This document shows positions 19,541 through 29,941 of a DNA stretch of 64,000 nucleotides, piece after piece (within the stretch, counting starts at the first letter, position 1; every line of letters starts with the position of its first letter). This DNA is from a bacterium (GTDB taxonomy: Bacteria; Patescibacteriota; Minisyncoccia; Phycocordibacterales; UBA9973). The notes below the pieces were generated by a model. That model searched no databases, had not been told where the DNA came from, and saw only the letters and a list, made by a program, of their open reading frames with translations. The position numbers were made by a program, and so were the translations under genes. The DNA lies in NCBI GenBank assembly GCA_037130335.1, contig JBAXTD010000001.1:103419-167418 (forward strand). The letters are read 5' to 3'.

Positions 19541-21310
19541 ATGAATTACTCACTATACAAAACTGATATTGCAAAAGAAAAAGACAAAAAGGTTCTTTCG
19601 ACTGCATGGATGAGACTTGTACCACTACTTAAAAGTGAGGGTCGCGAAATGACGCTTGCACTCGTTGCGATTGTGCTTAATTCACTCGCGATGCTCGTCT
19701 CTCCATTTTTGATTGGACGTATTGTTGATTTATATATTGCACAGCACGATTTCCATGGAGTGCTTGTATATTCTGGAATTTTGGCTCTTGTTGGAATTGC
19801 GGGATTGTTTACTGCGTATACGCAGGTCAAAAAAATGGGAGGTATTGGTCGTCGTGTGTTGTTTAATTTGAGAAATTCAATTTTCAAAAAACTCCAAGAT
19901 TTGCCTGTTGCATTTTTTAATCAAAATAAAGCTGGTGATTTGATTTCACGTATCAATAATGACACCGACAAACTCAATCAATTTTTTTCTCAAGCGCTCG
20001 TGCAATTGATGGGGAACATTATTCTCATTATTGGTGCGGGGATATTTTTGTTGGTACTTAATCCACGGCTCGGATTTTTTGCGATGGTGCCAGCGTTTAT
20101 TGCGCTCGTCATCACGAGTCTTATTTCGCCATGGATTAAAAAGACAAATGTGAAAAGTTTGAGAACTCTCGGAGGGCTTTCTGGTGAAATTCAGGAAAGT
20201 ATCAACAATTTTAAAGTTGTTGCAGCATTTAATCGAATGGATTATTTCCGCAAAAAATTTAGTGAGGCAAACGATCTCAATTATAAATCATCTGTATCTG
20301 CTGGGGTCGCAAATAATATTTTTAATTCGCTCTATACGTTTGTCGCAACACTCGCGCAGATAATAGTATTGATGTATGGAATTTATCTTATTTCGATTGG
20401 TAATTTTACTGTAGGGCTTCTCATTGGATTTTTATTGTATGTAAACAATTTTTATACACCACTTCGCCAACTTGCTTCTGTGTGGTCGTCATTACAAATT
20501 GCGCTTGCGGGACTCGATCGAATTTCTGAAGTGCTTGCGCTTGAATCAAATATAACCACAATCGAAAGTAAAGAAAGAATTTCAGAAACTGCTCCAATTA
20601 TTGAATTTAAAAATGTATCTTTTTCATATTCTAATGAAAAAGAAGTTCTCAAACATGCAACGTTCTCTTTGGAGCGTGGCAAAACGTATGCACTTGTGGG
20701 GCCAACAGGTGGAGGCAAAACAACGACAGCTCTTTTGATGGCGCGATTGTATGATCCAACCGAAGGACAAATTATGCTTTTGGGTAAGGATATAAAAAGC
20801 TTTTCAAACATAGATAGAACAAAACATATTGGATTTATTTTGCAAGAACCTTTTTTGTTTACTGGAACTGTGCGTGAAAATATTTTGTACGGTAATGATG
20901 CATATATTGATACATTAAAAGAGGATTTTGATATCGTTTTGAGTAATATGGGATTTACAGAATTACTCAAGCGATTTTCTGACGGACTTGATACTCAAAT
21001 TTCTGGAAGTGGAGATTCAATAAGTTTGGGACAAAAACAACTTATTGCATTTATTCGTGCAGTGCTTCGCGATCCAGACATCCTCATTTTGGATGAAGCA
21101 ACTGCAAATATTGATACCGTAACTGAACAGTTACTCGAGATTGTACTTCAAAAATTACCATCGCGAACAACACGTGTAATTATTGCACATCGTCTAAATA
21201 CTATCGAAAACGCCGATGAAATATTTTTTGTAAATAATAAAGAAATTGTACGAGCGGGAAGTAAGGATGATGCGATTGAAATGCTCCTGCACGGCAAGCG
21301 CACAAGTTAG
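19541..21310 (+). CDS. ABC exporter, fused TMD-NBD (second half).
   Basis: Six TM helices, Walker A GPTGGGKTT, degenerate signature ISLGQKQL. Starts 7 bp after the previous ABC gene. Confidence 0.8.
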   Translation: MNYSLYKTDIAKEKDKKVLSTAWMRLVPLLKSEGREMTLALVAIVLNSLAMLVSPFLIGRIVDLYIAQHDFHGVLVYSGILALVGIAGLFTAYTQVKKMGGIGRRVLFNLRNSIFKKLQDLPVAFFNQNKAGDLISRINNDTDKLNQFFSQALVQLMGNIILIIGAGIFLLVLNPRLGFFAMVPAFIALVITSLISPWIKKTNVKSLRTLGGLSGEIQESINNFKVVAAFNRMDYFRKKFSEANDLNYKSSVSAGVANNIFNSLYTFVATLAQIIVLMYGIYLISIGNFTVGLLIGFLLYVNNFYTPLRQLASVWSSLQIALAGLDRISEVLALESNITTIESKERISETAPIIEFKNVSFSYSNEKEVLKHATFSLERGKTYALVGPTGGGKTTTALLMARLYDPTEGQIMLLGKDIKSFSNIDRTKHIGFILQEPFLFTGTVRENILYGNDAYIDTLKEDFDIVLSNMGFTELLKRFSDGLDTQISGSGDSISLGQKQLIAFIRAVLRDPDILILDEATANIDTVTEQLLEIVLQKLPSRTTRVIIAHRLNTIENADEIFFVNNKEIVRAGSKDDAIEMLLHGKRTS

Positions 21311-21429
21311 CTTGATATATAAGGTTTATTTTATCTACAGGTGTTCGTTTCGGTGGTTGTATATCTGTGCTAAAATTATATATGTCGATTCGTGTTAGTA
21401 GGTTTTATTTTTAATTAAATCAAAATTTT

Positions 21430-21732
21430 ATGCAAAATTCATCTTCATCAAAAAAGTTTGCCATAGCGGCAATCATTATTGTCATCATCATTGTTATTTA
21501 TATGGTGGTTAAAAAATCAGGTTCAAGTACTGTTTCTCAAACAGAAACAAATAATTCTCAGACAGAAACAACAAGTACTACAACACCAACTTCTTCGAAT
21601 CCTGCTGTATCACAAGTTCAAACAAATGGTAATTCAGATGCCTCACTTGTCAAAGATTCTGTAGTTATTGATACTGAGCTTCAAGGATTTAATGTTGAGT
21701 CGAGTGCTGCAACTGCAACAACTACTCAATAA
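21430..21732 (+). CDS. Small membrane-anchored Thr/Ser-rich protein.
   Basis: N-terminal TM followed by a Thr/Ser-rich low-complexity region. Confidence 0.4.
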   Translation: MQNSSSSKKFAIAAIIIVIIIVIYMVVKKSGSSTVSQTETNNSQTETTSTTTPTSSNPAVSQVQTNGNSDASLVKDSVVIDTELQGFNVESSAATATTTQ

Positions 21733-21757
21733 TTATTAATATAATTTATTTATATAT

Positions 21758-22582
21758 ATGAAAAATAAAAAAATTGCTCTCGTTAGTTTGGGTACAGCAG
21801 CAGGAACATTGATGTTGTTTAGTTTTGCAACACTTGCATTTGCACAAGGTGGTACAGCAAGTACAAAATTAGCAACAAAAACAAAGGTTAATCAAAGTAG
21901 CCTTGTTGAAAAATCAAATAAAGAAATTGATAAAAGAGTATCTGATTTGACTGATCTCCAATCTAGAATTTCTGTAATGAAAAATATGAGTAGTTCTCAA
22001 GTTTCTACTCTCACTGCATCTTTGGAATCTCAAAAAACTGAACTTTCTAATTTGAAAAGTAAAATTGCTTCAGATACAGATATGAAAAGTTTAACAGCGG
22101 ATGCAAAATCTATTACTGCAAATAATCGCACATATGCATTGGTTCTTCCAAAAGCTCGTATTCTCATTGCAGCTGATCGCGCAACTACGCTTACAGACAT
22201 GCTCACATCTCTCGGTGTAAAGTTGCAAGCTCGTATTTCTGAGGTTCAAGCTACAGGTAAAGATGTAACTGCACTTACTGCAGCTCTCGTAGATTTCAAT
22301 GCAAAACTTGCTGATGCTACAAGTTTGTCTGCAAGTATTCCAGCTGGAATTTCAAATCTCGTTCCTGATCAAGGAAACAAGACTGTAGCGGCTTCAAATG
22401 AAACAGCACTCAAAACAGCTCGTAAAAATTTAACACTCATCGATAAAGATTTGAAAGCAGCACGCGCTGATATGAAAATAATTATGGGTGGGGTAAAAGG
22501 TGTTGGACCAAGTGCTGGAGAAAACAAACAAGAATCAGAAACTGAAACTCACGCAACAACAACAGGTGAGGTAAATCAATAA
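21758..22582 (+). CDS. Secreted coiled-coil protein.
   Basis: Signal peptide, an Ala/Thr/Ser-rich helical region, and an acidic tail. Confidence 0.45.
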   Translation: MKNKKIALVSLGTAAGTLMLFSFATLAFAQGGTASTKLATKTKVNQSSLVEKSNKEIDKRVSDLTDLQSRISVMKNMSSSQVSTLTASLESQKTELSNLKSKIASDTDMKSLTADAKSITANNRTYALVLPKARILIAADRATTLTDMLTSLGVKLQARISEVQATGKDVTALTAALVDFNAKLADATSLSASIPAGISNLVPDQGNKTVAASNETALKTARKNLTLIDKDLKAARADMKIIMGGVKGVGPSAGENKQESETETHATTTGEVNQ

Positions 22583-22603
22583 TTCAGAAAATATATTTCA
22601 CAA

Positions 22604-22646
22604 AATTCCTCGCATTTCGTCAAACGACGAAGCGAGGAATTTTTGT
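22604..22646 (+). terminator. Rho-independent terminator.
   Basis: Hairpin ttcctcgc...gcgaggaa followed by tttttg. Confidence 0.6.
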
Positions 22647-22679
22647 GTTAGTATAGAAAGGTAGAATATTTTAATTATT

Positions 22680-23054
22680 ATGAAATTTCAAACAACAACA
22701 ATTTCTGGGGCAGGGCGAGGTAAAACGATGGGATATCCAACGGTTAATATGATTGTTCCAGATGATATACCTGTAGTTCTACGGCCTGGTGTATATGCAG
22801 CCAAAGCGATAATAAAAAACCAAATGTATAATGGTGCTCTTTATTATGGACCAATTCCAGTGTTTAATCAGACTGACTCAAGTCTCGAAATTTATCTTTT
22901 GGATACACTTAATTTGTATGTCCCCGAAGGTGAATTGATTGAAATCGAAACTGTAAAATTTATACGAGGTGTTATGGAATTTGATTTTCCTGAATTGCTG
23001 ATTAGACAAATGGATACTGATGTTGCATTAATTCGTAAGGCACTCAAAATATAA
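22680..23054 (+). CDS. Monofunctional riboflavin kinase (RibF C-terminal-domain type).
   Basis: GAGRGKTMGYPTVN flavokinase motif in a 124 aa protein. Confidence 0.6.
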   Translation: MKFQTTTISGAGRGKTMGYPTVNMIVPDDIPVVLRPGVYAAKAIIKNQMYNGALYYGPIPVFNQTDSSLEIYLLDTLNLYVPEGELIEIETVKFIRGVMEFDFPELLIRQMDTDVALIRKALKI

Positions 23055-23078
23055 TTTTTTTAATTCAAATTTGCGTGT

Positions 23079-25673
23079 ATGAAAAAAAGTAATAAAAAAA
23101 TAAAAAAAACTTCTGTTAGATTGCCTACTATTGCAACACCAATTCATTATGCAATTACGCTCAAGCCAGATTTAGAATCGCGTACTTTTTTTGGACATGA
23201 AACAATTATGGTTTCTTTGGAAAAACAGACCAAAAAAATCACATTACATTCAACTGAGCTTTCAATCAAAACTGTCAATATTATTTTTGGTAAACACAAT
23301 ATTGAAGCATCAAAAATTACATATAATACAAATATCGAAACGGTAACATTTGAATTTAAACAAATGCTTCCAAAGGGTAAACTCAAATTATCCATCGTGT
23401 TTACTGGAATACTTGCCGAAAACATGCGGGGATTTTATACGAGTAAGTATGTTGTAGACGGTGTCGAGCATGTAATGGCGACAACGCAGTTTGAAGCTAC
23501 GGATGCTCGACGTGCATTTCCATGTTTTGATGAACCGACACACAAGGCGGTGTTTGATGTAAATTTGATAATACCTGGAGATAAAATGGCAATTTCAAAC
23601 ACATTGCCAACATCAATTATAGAGCATGAAGCAGGATACAAAATTGTTTCATTTGCGTCGACGCCAAAGATGTCTACGTATTTACTCGCGTTTATCGTCG
23701 GAAATTTCGAGTGGCTCGAACAAAAAACAAAAAGTGGCGTGCTTGTGCGTGTACTCACGGTGCCTGGTAAATCGCATCAAGGAGCGTTTGCGCTTGATGT
23801 GACCGTACGATGTCTCGAATTTTACGAAGAATATTTTGGAATTTCATACCCACTCAACACGCTTGATATGATTGCGATTCCTGATTTTTCATCACTTGCG
23901 ATGGAAAACTGGGGTGCGATTACATTTCGAGAAATTGGACTCTTGTTTGATGAAAAACATACTTCAATAGCGTACAAACAATTGGTCGCATTGGTGATTG
24001 CACATGAACTTGCACATCAGTGGTTTGGAAATTTGGTAACGATGGAATGGTGGACACATTTGTGGCTCAATGAAGGTTTTGCAACATACATCGAATTTTT
24101 TGCGATAGACAAATTGTTTCCTGAATATGACATTTGGAGTCAGTTTATCGTAGGAGCTACGGCAACAGGTGGACATGGTCTGGGTTCTGCGCTTCATCTC
24201 GATGCACTTTCTCATACGCATCCAATCGAAATCGAAGTACATGATCCAAATGAAATCGGGGAAATTTTTGATGCCGTGTCATACGACAAAGGCGCAGCTG
24301 TCATACGAATGCTTGCTGAATATTTAGGAGAAAAAGATTTCCAAAAAGGCTTGCAACAATATCTCAAAAAACATAGTTACAAAAATGCGAGCACGATTCA
24401 TTTATGGGAAGCGTTCGAAAAAGTTTCCAAAAAGCCAGTCAAAAAAATGATGTCTGTGTGGACAAAAAAAGCAGGGTATCCAATTCTCGAAGCACACATT
24501 TCAAAAAACAACATATTACTTTCTCAAAAAAGATATTTTTCTAGTTCAACCAGCGCAAAGAAAATAAAAGACCATACATTGTGGCCAATCCCTATTTCGT
24601 GTGCCACAAAAGATGGTGAACATAAATTTCCACTGATGGCAAAAAAACAAATGATTATACCGCCCCCTGTTGATTCGTGGATTAAATTTAATTCACGAGA
24701 GACATCACTATATCGCACATTGTATGACAAGCAATTGATTACGTTGTTACAGAAACCACTTATTGAAAAAACACTTTCAGTTTCTGATCGAGTTGGAATT
24801 GTTCGTGATGCGTTTTCTTTTGCTGAATCAGGAGAAATGAATACAACTGATGTGCTTGAATTGGTACTTTTGTATAAAAATGAAACAGAATATATCGTAT
24901 GGATTGAAATTGTTTCTGGTTTGTTGTTTATTGCAAATATATTGCATGACACAAAATCATATGTAAATTTCAAAAAATATACTCGAGATGTTTTGTCTGA
25001 AATTATTACTCATGTCGGATTCGACATGCAATCTGGTGAATCAGAAAACAATACACAGCTTCGATCGCTCATATTAAATACTGCATCGTATTTCGGGAAT
25101 ACTGATGTGATTGAATGGGCAAAAAAGGCGTTTATGTATCGAAATGAAAAAAATATTCATCCAGATTTACGTAAATGTGTATATGCAACTCTCATTCGAG
25201 AGGGTGGGGAAATTGAATACGAAATATTGCTTGTAATGTATCGAAATGAAACACTTCACGAAGAAAAAAATCGAATCCTTGCTGCACTAGGAAAGACACA
25301 AAATAAAAAATTACTTTTGCGGACACTCGATTTTGCCCTTCAAGATGAAGTGCGAATGCAGGATCGAAATGGTTTGTTTGCAAGTGTGCTTACTAATCCG
25401 TATGGTAAGGATCTCGGATGGTTGTATTTGAAAACAAATTGGCAAAAAATAGGTGAGGTGTATGGAGAGGGTAATCACTTGCTTTCGCGACTTATTTCGG
25501 CGCTTAATCTCAATACAACCAAACAGTCATATGATGATATAAAATCATTTTTCAAAACACACAGAGATTCATCTGCCGAGCGCACAATACAGCAAACGCT
25601 CGAACACATCGATTCAAACATCAAATGGCTAGCACGAGATGAAATTAAAATTTCAAAGTGGCTTAAAGGGTAG
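23079..25673 (+). CDS. pepN: M1-family aminopeptidase N.
   Basis: GAMEN-like AMENWG motif, zinc motif HELAHQWFGN...LWLNEGFA, and an ERAP-type C-terminal domain. Confidence 0.85.
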   Translation: MKKSNKKIKKTSVRLPTIATPIHYAITLKPDLESRTFFGHETIMVSLEKQTKKITLHSTELSIKTVNIIFGKHNIEASKITYNTNIETVTFEFKQMLPKGKLKLSIVFTGILAENMRGFYTSKYVVDGVEHVMATTQFEATDARRAFPCFDEPTHKAVFDVNLIIPGDKMAISNTLPTSIIEHEAGYKIVSFASTPKMSTYLLAFIVGNFEWLEQKTKSGVLVRVLTVPGKSHQGAFALDVTVRCLEFYEEYFGISYPLNTLDMIAIPDFSSLAMENWGAITFREIGLLFDEKHTSIAYKQLVALVIAHELAHQWFGNLVTMEWWTHLWLNEGFATYIEFFAIDKLFPEYDIWSQFIVGATATGGHGLGSALHLDALSHTHPIEIEVHDPNEIGEIFDAVSYDKGAAVIRMLAEYLGEKDFQKGLQQYLKKHSYKNASTIHLWEAFEKVSKKPVKKMMSVWTKKAGYPILEAHISKNNILLSQKRYFSSSTSAKKIKDHTLWPIPISCATKDGEHKFPLMAKKQMIIPPPVDSWIKFNSRETSLYRTLYDKQLITLLQKPLIEKTLSVSDRVGIVRDAFSFAESGEMNTTDVLELVLLYKNETEYIVWIEIVSGLLFIANILHDTKSYVNFKKYTRDVLSEIITHVGFDMQSGESENNTQLRSLILNTASYFGNTDVIEWAKKAFMYRNEKNIHPDLRKCVYATLIREGGEIEYEILLVMYRNETLHEEKNRILAALGKTQNKKLLLRTLDFALQDEVRMQDRNGLFASVLTNPYGKDLGWLYLKTNWQKIGEVYGEGNHLLSRLISALNLNTTKQSYDDIKSFFKTHRDSSAERTIQQTLEHIDSNIKWLARDEIKISKWLKG

Positions 25674-25680
25674 ATTAAAA

Positions 25681-25716
25681 TAAAAAACTCATTTTAAAAA
25701 TGAGTTTTTTATTTTT
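25681..25716. terminator. Bidirectional terminator between pepN and rnj.
   Basis: aaaaaactcatttttaaaatgagtttttt palindrome with flanking T/A runs. Confidence 0.7.
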
Positions 25717-25719
25717 TAC

Positions 25720-27804
25720 TTATACTGCGAGAAGTACGGGGATGACGAGTGGGCGTTTTGCTGTTTTTTGGAAAAGGAATCGTGAGAGATTATCTCCGAG
25801 AACACTTCGTGTCGTGTCGAAGTTTACAATACCAAAGCCTTTGCTACTGTTTTCTTCGAGTGTTGTTTTTACAATTTGGCGAGCTTCATGGAGAAGATCT
25901 TGGGATTCTTTGAGATATACAAATCCGCGAGAAATAATATCAGGGGACTTTTTGAGTTTACCTGTCTTTTGGTCGATTGTGGCAACGATAACAAACATGC
26001 CGTCTTGAGAAAGCATTTGACGGTCACGGATTACAACATCCTGTTCGTCACCAATTGTAAATCCATCAACCATCATGATACCTGATGCAGCTTTTTCTTT
26101 GCGTAATGTCATCTTTTGTCCATCAGCAGAAATTTCAATGATCGAGCCATTGTCTGGAACTATGATGTGGTCTTCTGCCATGCCAATTTCCATTGCAAGT
26201 TCTTTGTGTGATTGAAGAAACGAATGATGTCCGTGAATTGGAATAAAGAACTTGGCATGAATTTTTTTGTGTAGCCAACGAACATCTTCTTTGTTGCCGT
26301 GTCCTGTAGCGTGCACGAAATCTTCACCAGGAGTTCTGTAACTAATTATTTTTACTCCTTGACGAGAAAGACCATCTTTCATTCTTTGAACTTGGCGTTC
26401 GTTGCCGGGAATAATCGAAGCCGAGAGAATAATCGTGTCGCCTTTTTTGAGCATGAATTTTTTGTGTGATTTATTTGCAGCACGATTGAGCGATGCAAAC
26501 TCTTCTCCTTGCGCACCTGTCATCAAAATAATGATTCGATCGGGCGCGTAATTATCAACATCTTCAATTTGAATGATGGTGTCTTTTTTGACTTTGAGAA
26601 GTCCTGCTTCGATTGCAACTTCAATGTTGCTTTTCATTGAACGTCCATCGAGAACAACTTTTTTACCAAGTTCTTCTGCAATTTGGATAACTTTGATAAG
26701 ACGTGTGATGTGTGAAGCAAAGGCTGCAATAATCAAACGACTTTTGATGCGTTTAATGAGACTTTCGAGACCTTGATGCACTTTTATTTCAGGAAGCGAG
26801 AATCCTTCGTTTTCTATGTTTGTCGAATCAGTCAACAAAAGCAAATTGTTTGCGTTATCAAAAATTGAATATTCTTTTTCTTCGGCATCACTTACAATTC
26901 CATCAACTTGGTCGAGCTTGTAATCTCCTGGTGTAATGATGTTTCCGTTTGGAGTTTCAATAATGATTCCCATTGAATCTGGAATTGTGTGAGTCACACC
27001 AAATGTACGGACACGCATCTTGCCCAAAAGAAGAACTTCGTTTTTTTCTACGACGATTGTGTTGAGTGCGGGAAGGTGAGGGAATTCTGCTTGACGCTTT
27101 TTCATCATGAGCACAGAAAGATTTCGAGAGTATACAGGAGGATTTCCGATACGTGAAAGTACGAGTGGAACTCCACCAATGTGATCTAAGTGTCCGTGTG
27201 TGATGATGAGTGCGCGAATTTTATCTTTGCGTTCCTCGAGGTATGTTGTGTTTGGAATAACATAATCGATACCAGGAGTTTCTTCTGTGGCAAAGTGCAT
27301 ACCAGCATCGATGACTATAATGTCATCTTTGGTTTCAATAGCGGTCATGTTTTTGCCGATTTCTTCGACACCTCCAAGTGGAATGATACGGTACACACCT
27401 TCCTCTGGTGGTGGAATAATTGCACCTTTTGGTTTTTTGTTTTCAGTTACAACTGTGCGTGAATGATTTGGATTTTGTGGTTTAGCACCTTTTCTTTTGT
27501 GTTCAAATTTTGGATATTGATATGAAGGGCGAGAAGGTCGGTCTTTGTTTGCACTTGCTGCAGCGGCATCGAGAACTTTGTTTGGATGATTTTGAGGTGT
27601 TCTGTTTTGTGTAAACGTAGGACGTGGTGCATGAGTGTGTGGTGTAGCTGTTTTGTTGTTTGGATGATGATACGGACGTCGTGGGCCGTTTGAAAACGGT
27701 CGAGGTGTTTGCGTACTTTGATTTCCGGTAGCGTTTGGCATATCGGATTTTAGTGATTGTAATATTGCTCCAAGTGGAGAACGGGGTTTTTGTGGTCGTG
27801 GCAT
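25720..27804 (-). CDS. rnj: Ribonuclease J with an unusual ~135-aa Pro/basic-rich N-terminal extension.
   Basis: The core aligns to RNase J (VYRIIPLGGVEEIGKNM, HGHLDHIGG, beta-CASP). The start is a verified ATG at 27802-27804. Confidence 0.8.
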   Translation of the reverse strand: MPRPQKPRSPLGAILQSLKSDMPNATGNQSTQTPRPFSNGPRRPYHHPNNKTATPHTHAPRPTFTQNRTPQNHPNKVLDAAAASANKDRPSRPSYQYPKFEHKRKGAKPQNPNHSRTVVTENKKPKGAIIPPPEEGVYRIIPLGGVEEIGKNMTAIETKDDIIVIDAGMHFATEETPGIDYVIPNTTYLEERKDKIRALIITHGHLDHIGGVPLVLSRIGNPPVYSRNLSVLMMKKRQAEFPHLPALNTIVVEKNEVLLLGKMRVRTFGVTHTIPDSMGIIIETPNGNIITPGDYKLDQVDGIVSDAEEKEYSIFDNANNLLLLTDSTNIENEGFSLPEIKVHQGLESLIKRIKSRLIIAAFASHITRLIKVIQIAEELGKKVVLDGRSMKSNIEVAIEAGLLKVKKDTIIQIEDVDNYAPDRIIILMTGAQGEEFASLNRAANKSHKKFMLKKGDTIILSASIIPGNERQVQRMKDGLSRQGVKIISYRTPGEDFVHATGHGNKEDVRWLHKKIHAKFFIPIHGHHSFLQSHKELAMEIGMAEDHIIVPDNGSIIEISADGQKMTLRKEKAASGIMMVDGFTIGDEQDVVIRDRQMLSQDGMFVIVATIDQKTGKLKKSPDIISRGFVYLKESQDLLHEARQIVKTTLEENSSKGFGIVNFDTTRSVLGDNLSRFLFQKTAKRPLVIPVLLAV

Positions 27805-27838
27805 GTAATTATTTTATAAGTTGATAAGGGCACAATTA

Positions 27839-29566
27839 TTATTTTGCAAATATTTTCCACACATTGTCGGTAGCGAGATACCAATTATTTTCATTAAAAA
27901 ATCTATCTTCCGGTCGATTGATGTGTGAGAGCGTAATGCCTTCACTAATGTCCGGACGAACGACATATATGTATGATGGGGAATAAATAAACACTGCAGG
28001 AATATCTGATGCAATTTCGTTTTCAAATTTTTGATACATTGTGTTTTGTTTGTCTGTATCGAGAATGCTTTTTCCTTGTTCAAGTAATTTGTCTACTGTT
28101 GCGTTTGCATATCCAGAAATATTTAATCCTGGGCTTGTGCGTTGTGATGAGTCCCAGAATGCAAATAGGTCAGCTTGGTTGGAGACCACTTGTCCAAAGA
28201 AAAGTGATTGAAATTTTCGTGGACGAATGATGTCTTGATTCAAACTTCCTGTTTCGTATACTTTTGGAATTGCTTCGATACCTACTTGTTTTAAATCAGC
28301 AACAATGTGGTCTATTGATTGCTTGAGTTCAGGTATGTTGTTTGTGTCAATTTCAAAAGAGAGTCTTGCTGTTTCTTTTTTTGAAATTACTTTTGTGTAA
28401 ATTCCATCAGCTCCTAATTTCCATCCATCTTTTTCTAATATTTTTTTTGCTTGAGTAACGTCTCCTGTCTGGTGAGTATCTGATACATCGTCAGTTAAAT
28501 GAATACTTTGTGGTATTGGGCTATCGATAGATTGTCCATATCCGAGTAATACATCTTTTACAATAGCATCTTTGTTGATTGCAATACTGATTGCTTGGCG
28601 TACTTTTATATCTGCAAAAAAGCTTGCTTGGCTTTGATTAAAAAATAGTCCAAAGATACGAGGTAGTGGTGTGGTTAAAACAATGGCACCTTTTTTGGCA
28701 AGCTGTGCTGCATCAACTGGATCGATACCACCCATAGTGTCGATATCTCCAGAGTTGTATGCGGCGATAAGTGTGTCTTCGCTTGTATAAAACTTCATTA
28801 CAATTGTATCAATACGTGGAGCGCCATCGGAATTTTTGCGATACGCAGACAATGTGTAATCTTGTGGAATACCTGAAGATGTTTGTGAAATTTTTGATAT
28901 TTTATACCATCCACTTCCGACAACGTTCGTTGTGTTGTTTGTGCTGTATGTCCAGTTATCATATGAAATATTTTGCCAGACATGTTTGGGTAAAATTCCA
29001 AGTGTAGTGTTTGCAAGAAAAGGTGCGTAAGGTTGTTTGAGTGTAAACGTGATGGTTGATGGATCGATAACTTTTGCACTCACACCCTCCCATGATACTT
29101 GTTCTGAACTATTTAGTGTTGGATTAACGGCTGAATTGATTGTAAACAATACATCGTCAGCGGTGATTTGTACGCCATCTTGGAAATATGCTTTCTTGAG
29201 AGTGAATGTATATGTGAGATTGTCACTTGAAACTGAATATGATTGTGCAAGATCTGGTACGAGATTTCCATCTGTGTCTTCTTTCATGAGACCTCGGTAT
29301 ACAAGTCTCGAAATGTCTTTGTCTGCATCTGTAACGGTGATAAGTGGATTCACATATCGTGGAGTCCCGATAATTCCTTCATGTAATGTGCCACCTTGCG
29401 TTGGGTAGGTGACGAGAAAATGATTATTGATTTTGTAAATTATTCTGCATATTGCTGTTACGCAAATAATAATTGCAATAATAAATACCACTCGTTCAAT
29501 TAATGAAAAAGTTCCGAGTGCACGAGATATATACTGTCGCACCGATAGATGCTCTTTTTGATCCAT
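27839..29566 (-). CDS. ABC substrate-binding protein, family 5 (peptide/nickel type), TM-anchored.
   Basis: N-terminal TM and SBP_bac_5-like architecture. No adjacent permease genes. Confidence 0.6.
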   Translation of the reverse strand: MDQKEHLSVRQYISRALGTFSLIERVVFIIAIIICVTAICRIIYKINNHFLVTYPTQGGTLHEGIIGTPRYVNPLITVTDADKDISRLVYRGLMKEDTDGNLVPDLAQSYSVSSDNLTYTFTLKKAYFQDGVQITADDVLFTINSAVNPTLNSSEQVSWEGVSAKVIDPSTITFTLKQPYAPFLANTTLGILPKHVWQNISYDNWTYSTNNTTNVVGSGWYKISKISQTSSGIPQDYTLSAYRKNSDGAPRIDTIVMKFYTSEDTLIAAYNSGDIDTMGGIDPVDAAQLAKKGAIVLTTPLPRIFGLFFNQSQASFFADIKVRQAISIAINKDAIVKDVLLGYGQSIDSPIPQSIHLTDDVSDTHQTGDVTQAKKILEKDGWKLGADGIYTKVISKKETARLSFEIDTNNIPELKQSIDHIVADLKQVGIEAIPKVYETGSLNQDIIRPRKFQSLFFGQVVSNQADLFAFWDSSQRTSPGLNISGYANATVDKLLEQGKSILDTDKQNTMYQKFENEIASDIPAVFIYSPSYIYVVRPDISEGITLSHINRPEDRFFNENNWYLATDNVWKIFAK

Positions 29567-29615
29567 AATGATTATGTATAAAAATGTTGTGTAAAGAAAT
29601 ATCTAAAAAGATATT

Positions 29616-29855
29616 TTAGTGAAATACGATTGCAAATACGCCAAGGGCGATAAACAAAATACCAAGTACGATTGTGGCAATAAAGAGTACTTTTTCAAAT
29701 CCGCGTTTAGTTTTGAACGCATTCATTCCGCTTGAACCTCCAAAAGACCCACCAACACCGGCAGTAGAAGGCTGCAAAAGAATAGCGGCCACAAGGAGAA
29801 CTGAGATTGTGATTTGCGCGATTGGCAAAAATTTTATAATTAACGTGTGGAACAT
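29616..29855 (-). CDS. secG: Preprotein translocase subunit SecG.
   Basis: 79 aa with two TM helices flanking a Gly-rich loop (LLQPSTAGVGGSFGGSSGMNAF). Start was set at the internal ATG (MFHTLII...) rather than the TTG at 29885. Confidence 0.65.
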   Translation of the reverse strand: MFHTLIIKFLPIAQITISVLLVAAILLQPSTAGVGGSFGGSSGMNAFKTKRGFEKVLFIATIVLGILFIALGVFAIVFH

Positions 29856-29941
29856 TGCAAAGAAAGTATGCCATATCGGGGTCAAAAATGCAATATCCCC
29901 ATGTTTTTATTTCCTGTCGGTTGATGTGAGTGTTATAATTT

